Below are positions 24,734-34,212 of a stretch of 64,000 bases of DNA, piece by piece (positions within the stretch are counted from its first letter, which is position 1; every line of letters begins with the position of its first letter). The stretch comes from Blasia pusilla (taxonomy: Eukaryota), in NCBI GenBank assembly GCA_050084515.1, contig CM114271.1:16368001-16432000 (forward strand), given 5' to 3'. A model generated the notes under the pieces. It did no database searches, was not told where the DNA came from, and worked only from the letters and a program-made list of their open reading frames with translations. Position numbers and translations under genes: made by a program.

Positions 24734-27230
24734 GTGACACAGAGTGGAGTGAGATACCGAGGGGTTACCGGTGAGGAGCTCCCGACATCTATCCGTGGAT
24801 CGGATCATCATCGACCGGGCGAGCGTGAGCGAGATCGCGAAGAGAGTAGTACTTGGCAGGAGATGGACGACATGGGCCATCGGGGCATGCGTTGTTTCTC
24901 GAGTGCAGTGGGCACCATCGACTTAGATGATTTTATCCAGGAGTTCAACACATGGTGCGACATCCAGGAGATACGGACGCCGACACGGTTCAACCCTTTC
25001 ATGGCATGGAAGGGGTTGTTCTAGCACTTAGAGGGTCCCCCGATGGATGACTACATGGAGTTTCGATCACTATATTCAGTAGAGATCGATGCCTGGAGGA
25101 TGTATTGGGCTCCAGGGTATGTGCCCACTAGTGGTCGTGAGGCATATGATGGGATTGTGAGAGGAGAGAGACCCACACCATCAGCCCGGAGACTAGATGG
25201 AGAGGAGGGCAGTGAGACAGGCGATATGGCAGAGACCTCTGGTGGTAGAGGGCCACCTAGCTCCAGCCCCACGGTGGAGTTCTTCCGGCAGTTGGGGAAG
25301 AGCTACGGGCGTCGCCGACAAGTGAAGAGTCTACATGATTTTCAGCGGCGATCGGGTGAGAGTTTGAGAGATGCATTCACACGCATGAGGAGGCTGATCA
25401 TTGCTACGTTTGGAGTGATTGAGGCGCGATCAGTCCGATTGAGTGCGGGGTTTTGGACCGAGAACTACGGAGGAGAGTCCGAGATGCGGTCTTGATTCAC
25501 AGCCAAGCCCACATTGAAGGTGGTCTTTGAGTTGTCCGAGCGTTGAGCTCAACATGAGTGAGGAGCGGTAGTGACGCTGGATTTTCTCGAGAGTCGCGGG
25601 TCCCCGGCGGTGACCCCACGGTGCCCAATCTGCGGGAGTGGGCGGTGTGCCTAGAGAGGCGGGTACCGTGAGCCTATGAGGCAACGACCCGCACCTACAT
25701 ATGTTGCTCAGCAGGGATCAATGTGGTCTTGTTGGACGTGTGGAGGGGCCCATAGGCAGAGAGACTACCCACACCATGGGAGAGGACCACCAACGCCTCC
25801 GATTGCTCAGGAGCCACAGAGGATGGACCCACCATAGCACTAGTGTGACCATTGCCACGGATATGATCACACTAGGGATAGATGTTTTGACCTTCGTCGA
25901 GGGGCACGTCCTGAGGTAGGCCGAGGGCCTGGGGGCGGTCTTCCTAGAGGAGGTCGGGAGTTCTTCCTGGACGTGGTGGTAGAGGACCACCACTAGCCAG
26001 AGGAGATGGAGCAGGAGCACCAGAGCGAGAACTTCTCTCACGCATCGATCAGTTGGAGTAGAGGATTGCTGCCATAACGATGATGCAGCTTAGGGAAGGC
26101 ACGGAGCTGCGAGCAACTAGTGTGACTCCAGCTTCTACCTCTTACCTTGACCCGGGTGAAGATCTCGCGAGTATGGGATTTATGTGTAGTGCAGCCCAGG
26201 TTGAGGGAGTTGCAATGGTGACTCGGTGTGCTGCGAGAGGCACCGAGCCATCGAGAGGTGGAGTTGAGATTGACCCACAGAGGGAACCGATGGGCGGCAG
26301 GCCAGGGTTCCATAGTCGTTCACATTGTCGGAGGCACTACACACACCATCGATGGTGCCTCGACAACCAGGGGTGCCTACAGTTCAGGCACCTACGTCGA
26401 TGTCACGAGGAGTTGGAGTGACAACTCCTATGCCGGCTCGAGTGGAGTCAATGTCGACCATAGTGTTGGAGGTGGCCACCAGAGTGAGTCAGACTCCGCT
26501 ATTTTTCGGCTATAGAGTTGGCGACGTTGGGAGTTGGACCAGCTGAGGTGTTCCGGTTGGCCGCCACGTTGTGTGAGCGTGGAGAGATGACTGCTTCTTG
26601 TTCAGAGGTAGTTGAGGAGGTGGTGGACTTGCCCTAAGAGCGGTCCTTGGGACATTCCCAAAGAGTCGTGGCATTGGCGGCGGTTGGTAGATATGCGGCT
26701 CGACCGCCATAGAGCGGTGTGGTGACACTGGAGTAGTGTTCTTTGGATATGCGAGCTGGAGTATTTCGCTTGGTTAGTCCGGCGGGGCGGTATGGCGCGT
26801 CCTACTTGATTTGGGGCGCAACCCTTGATGTTAGGGAAGGCGGCGTGTTTAGCGTTGGGGTTCGGAAGGCCGACATTGAGCCTTGTCCCTTCAGATCTGA
26901 GACCTCGATTAAGGCGTATCACCCCTCGATATATGACTCGACAGAGATTGTTGTCGAGTCGGCGAGCATCGGACGGATAGTGCTATGGTGCGCACAAGTG
27001 CGATTACGACACCAGCTAAGTCGTACGATGTGTTGGTGGGGAGTACAGTGGTATATCCCCTAGGATTCATCCTTGACTTCTGGGAGGAGACCGTTGCTTA
27101 TCGGCCAGGATGGCGGTCAGGTGACGGCCGCATGAGTCAGTTACCCGTGCAATTTGCCGGACGAGGTGGTCGATCACGAGGTGAGTCTGTGACCATGTTG
27201 GCAGCTTTCACAGGTAGTGTTAGCTAGCAG
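24734..27230 (+). pseudogene. gag and protease of copy 2 (frameshifted)
   Basis: Collinear with copy 1 gag/PR (FNPFMAWKGLF, FQRRSGESLR, YDVLVGS, WRSGDGRMSQLPVQ). Confidence 0.85.
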
Positions 27231-27504
27231 GAGAGTTGTTGGAGGGGAACACACATGCGGAGGATGTCCCAGTAGCGGATAGTCCAACGGAGAGACAGGC
27301 CATGGCGGGTGTCTCTTCCCATGTTGGCGAGGCCTCTTCACCATTGTGGGGTACAACTTGGGAGCTACAGAGGAGTGTCGAAGACCTCGTGAGGCACGCG
27401 TGGAGTCATGTTTTATTGCCCGCGAGAGTCACGTGGCGTCGGGCTCTTGGAGTGATACGATGACCCCACTAGATACCACACTGTTGTGTGGCGGTGCCGA
27501 AGGA

Positions 27505-28475
27505 GGGTGTTAGGGTGTTAGATCTCTTCGGAGGGATTAGCACCGGATTGGCTGCACTATTGCAGGCGGGCATACGGGTGCATCAGTACCTTTATGTGGA
27601 GAGAGATGAGACGGCGCTGCGAGTATCATTACGTCACGTGGCGAGATTGGTCCAGAGGTATCCTGAGTTGTTGTCAGACTGTCATACGGGGATACCGGAT
27701 ACGCTACCCGCCGACATCTCTTTGGTGGGGGCATAGGATCTTGATAGAGTTGGCACCATTCATTTGGTGATTGCTGGATGGCCATGTCAGGGTCATTCAT
27801 CAGCTGGCCAAGGATTTGGATTGCATATCCGAGGTCAGGGATGTTTTGGGAGATGCTGCGAGTAGTACGACACTTGCAGGAGAGTCAGATATGTTCTCCA
27901 GCGTACATTTTGGAGAACGTGCCGTTGTTGGGAGACACTCGTGCACGTGTGATGACGAGTGTACATCAGGTGAGGTCCTGGTTGGGACCTTCTGTGTTGT
28001 TAGATGCAACAAGAGTTGGGTCACGTGCCCATCGTCCACTACTGTGGTGGACGAACCTGATACCATCAGAGGTACTGAGTCGAGCATACAGTGGAGTCCA
28101 GAGAGCACCACATCTCACAATGGATGCTATTTTGGGCTCAGGGCGTCGATCTCAGGTGGTGACATGAGATGATAGACCACCGTTGGCCATGGCCAATAGG
28201 GTGGGGGAGTTGAGGGCAGCCTTACCTATGTTGGTGAGCTTCCCAGCATCCCATGCCTTTCGTCAAGGAGGGCCAGGCATGATTTGGGATGAGGTGACCG
28301 GAGCATTGGAGGAACCTATAGTAGATGAGCGCAAGCGCGCCATGGGGTTCACTACCGGTACAACGGCGGTGCCAGGGATGATTGAGGCTTCCTGGAGACA
28401 GGTGTTGGGGCAGGCGATGGACCTCAACTGTCTCACATGGATAGTCAGCCTAGGTATGGCTGAGCAGAGACGAAT
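27505..28475 (+). pseudogene. C5 cytosine DNA methyltransferase domain of copy 2
   Basis: VLDLFGGIS, IAGWPCQGHS, YILENV, RAHRP, ERKRAMGF, RQVLGQAM. The C-terminal part is in frame with the RT N-terminal ORF at 28741. Confidence 0.9.
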
Positions 28476-28740
28476 GTGAGTGTCATCCATGCCGTCACGT
28501 CCACGAGTTGGACCATTTCCTACAAGGTCTGTACAGGCATTGGCTGGGGGCGAGACGAGGAGAGATAGGCACCCATGGACTTCCTGGGATGTTGTTTGAG
28601 CAGAGAGTGCGAAGGCGGCTAGAGTAGCACATGTTCATTTTTCGGATGTGGAGCATGGTGTAGGAGGTCAGAGTGGAGTGGTTGTTGCGGAGGTGGCTAG
28701 GGTTGCTACATAGCAACCAAAGCCAGAGGTTGGGTCCTCT

Positions 28741-30135
28741 TTGAGTGAGGTCACGATGGAGACTTCGGAGCTTGTGATAGGTCTCAAGTTGATAGGAGGA
28801 GAGCGACGGCGAGTTCATAGGTTTCTGAGAGGGCATGTCAATTGTTTTGCCTTCAGTATGAGAGACTTGGGTACGCTGAAGGGTCTCGGGATGCGGATTG
28901 AGTTGGCTAGTGATACGCCGATCTTTCGTCGACCCTACAAGTATTATGATATGGAGCGAGCCTTTATTCAGAGCAGGAGTCAGGACTTGTGGAGTTATGA
29001 CATGGGGAGTATGCATCTGCCACAGTCATGCCGGCGAAGAAGGATATGTATGGCAATTGGACGGATAGGCGGATGTGTGGAGATTACCATCCTATCAACC
29101 GAGGCAGTGGATCGACACGCCATGCCTACTCTGAGGAGATCTTTGATGCGATAGGGCATGCAAAGATCTTGACTTTAGATCTCCATCTTTGGCTATCATC
29201 GACTTCCTATCACGTTGGAGGAGAGGAGAAGACGACGATGCAGGGGATAGATTGGTTCGGGAGAGATTTCTTGTATCGTGGCGGTTCTTACCATTTGGAT
29301 TGAAGAATGCGCTCATGAGTTTCAGAGAGAGTGATGGATAGGATTCAGGCTGGCTTGGATTTTGTACGATGTTACATAGATGATATTCTTATCTTCAGTT
29401 CCACGGTTGAGGAGCATGAGCGACACTTGGAGGAGGTGTTTTGGCGATTGTAGTTACATGGACTGAAGTTACATCCACGCAAGTGCAGATTCTTTCAGGA
29501 GCAAATTGAGTACTTGGGACACACCATATATCCGAGTGGGTTAGGCGTTCAGCAGACAAAGGTAGAGGCTATTGCGCAGATTCCACGCCCTACAGATGTG
29601 AGTCAAGTCCGAGCATTTCTTAGACTGGCGAACTTCTATCGACGGTATGTCAAGGGTTTTAGTGCGATCGCAAAGTCTTTGACCTTGTTGACGAGACTTG
29701 ATCAGGTGTGGTTGTGCAACCTGTCCTCACCCATTTTACAGAGACCGGTTAGGGGTGGCCCATTCCAGTTACATACGGATTGGAGCATGTTGGGTCTAGG
29801 AGCAGTGCTTACTTAGAGGGATGACGAGGAGAGGGAGTTCGTTGTGGCTTACGCGAGCCGATCGAACAACATTGCAGAGGCAAAATCTGACGGCTCCTAC
29901 GAGGGAGAGTGTTTGGCTGCAGTGTGGGCCGTGGCACATTTTAGGTGCTATTTATTCGACAACCCTTTCACACTTATCACTGATCATCAGCCGTTGAGGT
30001 GGTTGATGGAGTCCGACAAGCTTACGGGCAAGCTTGCCAGGTGGGATCTATTACTACAGGAGTATGAGTTTGAGGTGGTTCATAGGCCAGGTCGGCTGAA
30101 CCAGGATGCGGATGGGTTGAGTCGTAACCCATGTC
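28741..30135 (+). pseudogene. Reverse transcriptase and RNase H of copy 2
   Basis: RMCGDY, YIDD (29373), FLRLANFYRRYV, LHTDWSMLGLGAVL, YEGECLA, TDHQPL, DADGLSR. Confidence 0.92.
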
Positions 30136-30359
30136 CGAGTCAGAGAGACGACACAGGAGCTCGATGGCACAGAGAGAGTGATGAGGAGATGGTGCCCGGT
30201 TGGCATGCATCTGCCTATCTTTGTTGGTTGACTATGGCAGGTCAGCCACAGGTGATGACTCCAGAGGTTAGTGAGAAGTCCAGTGGTGGACTTCTCACTA
30301 ACCTCCGGATCCAAAGACTCCAGTGAGTCTTTGGATCCGGAGGTTAGTGAGAAGGCGAC

Positions 30360-31811
30360 AGGTGGTCGTGATATCCATGACGACGTGGAGGTTGTGGAGT
30401 TCTTGCGCACTGGCGTCATTGGGAGTACAGTGAGTGCTAGGGAGCGGGATCGGATCCTACAGAGAGCCAAGAGGTTCAGGTGGGAGGGGACTCACATTTT
30501 TCGGGTATGGGGAGATGGTAGGATACGAGTGGTACCTCATCCTTCCCAGCGAGCACGTGTAGTGCGACATGCCCATGAGGAGTTGGGACATTTCAGAATA
30601 AAGCGTACTCACAGCTTACTCCATGTTCAGTATTGGTGGCGCGGCATGCATGTTGGGGTACAGTAGTTTGTGGCCAGATGTATGGTATGTGACAGAGTGC
30701 GAGCATCCTTCAATGCTCCCACTCCGCAGTTACATCCTTTGCCGATTATGGGTTTAGGTTATCGGTGGAGTTTAGACTTTGCAGGACCTTTGCCATTGAC
30801 AGGGCGTCATCATAGGTACGTGTTGGTCATGGTGGAGCATTTCTCCAAGTGGATAGAGTTGGTGGCACTACCAAACAAGGCGAGCGAGGGAACAGCTTAT
30901 GCGTTTCTAGATCTTGTGCTTAGTCACTTTGGTGCACCGGCGGAGGTGTTGACGGACCAGGGTACCGAGTTCAGGGGAGAGTTTCAGGCCTTGTGTGATC
31001 AGGCGCTGATAGATCACCGCACCACGTCGAAGATCATCGAGGCGGATGGGTTGGCGGAGAGAGTTGTGCAGAGCGGTGAAGAGAGGATTGCGCAAGTATG
31101 GCTTGCAGCGGGGGCTTTGAGATTGAGTGGGACCTACAGTTGCCATGGTTGGCTATGGGTTATCGCTTTAGTCGGCAGGCATCCTTGGCGTCATTTTCAC
31201 CGTACTTTTTTCTCTTTGGGAGAGAGCCAGATTTACCTGCAGCGATTCAACGAGACATGGCGGAGGTGTTAGATCTTGATGATCCAGATGTGTGGGTACA
31301 AGCATGTTCTCAGAGGGCAGAATTTTTTCGTAGAGTTATGCCTATGGCCTTTGAGAACTTAGCTATTGCCCAGCATAGAGATACATTGAGGTACGCGACC
31401 ATTCGTGGAGTAGGTTATCATCCAGGGATTATGAGGTTTCATCCTGGAGATTACGTGTATTTACAGCAGGCGGCACCCACGACGCTAGATGTCACTGCAG
31501 GGCGCACGATCCTACGTGTGCGTGAGGTATTACCGACCGGAGTTCTCATGTTGGAGGGACGGGATGGTATGGTTTGGAAGGATCATGTGCGCAATTGTGT
31601 GCCATGTCATCTTCCGAACGTAGATGGGACGGTGGATCCGAGCTTGGCAGTGGTACCTGCAGGCTTGAGGTGTATGTTGTGCGGATCTGCGAGGGGTGCA
31701 GCCACCATGTTGGTATGTGATGGTTGTTCTCGAGGGTGGCATATGTCATGTCTGACCCCCCCTCTTGATGTGGTTTCCACGGGACAATGGATGTGTCTGA
31801 GATGTGTATAG
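30360..31811 (+). pseudogene. DDE integrase with C-terminal PHD finger, copy 2
   Basis: HEELGH...CMVC zinc-binding domain, WSLDFAGP, LTDQGTEF, GLAER; C4HC3 PHD at 31671-31808. Confidence 0.92.
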
Positions 31812-31878
31812 GGTAGTAGGTCATGTCAGATAGATGTGATATTTTCTATCTGGAGTTGGGGGGATCCATTTGTCAGCT

Positions 31879-31887
31879 AGGGGGGCA
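31879..31887 (+). promoter_or_regulatory. Polypurine tract
   Basis: AGGGGGGCA immediately before repeat B1. Confidence 0.7.
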
Positions 31888-32627
31888 GTTGTGTGATCTC
31901 CATGTATATGTATGATTTGATTTTTGTACATGTGTGGGGAAGATCGGTTTTGTGTGTGTAGATGTGACGAGCGATGTATGTTGTGTAGCGATATGTATGC
32001 GCACGACAGCTATCACATCTGAGTCGCCGATAGGCCGAGATCTATCGTGGATAGGGCATAGGAGCCAGCGGACTATCTTGAGTGTAACTTTGTCCCACGG
32101 TGTCAGATGAGGTTGAGGATAGGTCCATTGTGTCAGGAACGTCGTTCCTGACAACTTTCATGTTGAGGTCTTTTACAACCGGGTGACTTGTTGACTAGGT
32201 CACCCGCCCCTGGTAACTGTGTGCGCAGCAGTTACCAAGGAAGGGCTATTTTAGGGAAGAGCCTTTTGGCTCTTTCCCAACCCTATATAAGAGAGGAAGA
32301 TGGCTTTCCTAAGCCATCTTTCTCATGTTGGGCCGTTGGAGCACCTCCCTTGTATGTGTGTGAGCTAGGACTAGGGTGCTAGCGTCCGGATTCCTTGATA
32401 GCACAGGGTGGACGAGGCTCGATATGCCGATGTAGATTGAGGAATGGAGTTTTAGGCCGGGTGTGCCGTTTTTACTACTCTTTATTTTTGTTGCGTGATC
32501 TCCATGTATATGTATGAGTTGATTTTTGTACATGTGTGGATCGACCCGTGTGTGGGAAAGATCGGTATTGTGTGGTGTAGATATGACGAGCGATGTATGT
32601 TGTGTAGCGATATGCATGCTTACGACA
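31888..32627 (+). repeat. 3' repeat block B1 (31888-32008), GC spacer, A2 (32011-32489), B2 (32490-32627)
   Basis: B1 and B2 are direct repeats (B1 has a ~17-bp deletion). A2 matches A1. Confidence 0.92.
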
Positions 32628-34098
32628 TAATTCTAAAGGTAAATAGGTACTCAAGAACTTTATTAGATACATATGATTCATCCCCTCATCCAAAATAGAA
32701 TTAACACTTAAGTATATACTCTCCTACAAACATCTCATAGAAAAATGTTTTTTTAGGAAAAATTCTTTTGATGTTATCTTTTATTCTAGATGAATAAAAA
32801 ATAAAAAATAAATCACATTCTTATTGAATCTTAATATAACTTCTAAACTTATATCATCAATGTTCTTAAATTATGTCATGTCGAAATAGCAATATCCCGA
32901 AGATTTTGAATTTTAGAGAACTTTTAAGGATCTTCCCCATGGATAATAGTAATGATATCATTTTGTGATCATTTTAGTGAGGAGCTTAGATGGTAACTTA
33001 GGAAGATCGTCGTCTAACTCCAAGACGACGATACAAAAAATACAAAAAATATTCTTGTTGAAGATATGCATGTTGACTTTCCAAATTTTAGAATCTCATA
33101 TGGATTACAATCTCCACGAAGAGCAAGACAAAGGACTTCATGAAAATCTCCACCAAAAATGAGAAGCTTTACCCCAAATGGCAAGTCTCTCAAATTTTTG
33201 GAGACCGTCCTCAATGAGACTTTCTAGGGTATGATCAATGACCTCAAAGGACAATATTGATAAATTATAGGAGACTCATCCCATGTAATGAGCAAGGGAT
33301 TTCTAAGTATATATGTCGAATCACGATCACCTTATGGCTTACATGAGGAACTCTCATCAAGATTTATAAAAATCTTGAATGAGCTATAAGTCCTCCATCC
33401 AATAAAAATGTAATTATCTTAATGACGTAACACCTAAAATTATACAGTGCGCACTATTGTCTAACTTTGTCTTTCTAGTTCCAATTGGACCATTAACAAC
33501 AAAGGATTTTGGTGAAAGCATCATAACCTGTACAATCCTTTCTAATTAATTATGTACATGATTCCAAAAATCATTTTTTTATCACTCAAATATTTGTTAT
33601 CTTCAACTACTCAACTGACTCCTATGATATATATATATATATTCATAATTTTCTTGGACATAAATATGTATGTCTTCTCATTATGCTTTACTTTACCTTA
33701 CTATGGCCTCCTTATTTAACTCATGTAACATATTTTTTAACTCCATCTATACACAATACACTTCTTGTCAATAATCCCTTCACTGTGGGATCCAAAAATC
33801 TCTTGATAGGTAGTCCAGGATGCTATCCTTCTTTTGCGTAAGGAGATAATAAAAAATACGTAATGTAGTTTTCTCCTCATTTAGATTTTACATGCGATTT
33901 TAAGTCATGTTCTCCCCCTCAACACACACATCAATAGGTGGGATATGTTCAAATGGTGAATACCATGACTTTAATCAAAGGACCTTTAGTACCCCAATGC
34001 CCCAATATTTTATTCAGATGCAAAGCAAACCAAGTGCAAAAGCGAAAGAAGAAAACCAAGTTTCTTCTCAGCCCGATGAAGTGCTGACAGCACAGAGG

Positions 34099-34212
34099 GA
34101 AACTATTCGATGGCTTCCGTATTCAAATACCTATTTTGATATAGGTGTAAATGGTATCTCCTTATTCTTTATGATCTTGATCACGTTCTTAACTCCTATT
34201 TGCATTCTCTCT
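34099..34212 (+). pseudogene. nad4: Mitochondrial nad4 fragment (NUMT)
   Basis: ETIRWLPYSNTYFDIGVNGISLFFMILITFLTPICIL resembles plant Nad4 RWLPY.NI.F..GIDGISLFF.ILTTFL.PICIL. Confidence 0.75.

Larger units (their letters stand above)
22589..32627 (+). mobile_element. Full-length (~10.0 kb) MTase- and PHD-carrying Ty3/Gypsy-type retrotransposon, copy 2, with split direct repeats
   Basis: Starts TGTCAC and ends CGACA, flanked by TAAT on both sides (22585-22588, 32628-32631). Domain order gag-PR-MTase-RT-RH-IN-PHD. Many stops and small indels. Confidence 0.93.

Noticed and set aside
26380-26430. Programmed gag-pol frameshift
   Set aside because: The frame breaks differ between copies and coincide with deletions. 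The many 1-4 bp indels in copy 2 may be decay or consensus errors.
27505-28475. Bacterial contamination or restriction-modification gene
   Set aside because: The MTase is in frame within a retrotransposon polyprotein in several copies, amid spliced plant genes.
22589-32627. DIRS/PAT/Ngaro tyrosine-recombinase element
   Set aside because: The repeat layout fits, but the element encodes a protease and an HHCC-DDE integrase, and I saw no recombinase motifs. The MTase is C5-type (PCQ/ENV), not the adenine-MTase-like domain of DIRS.
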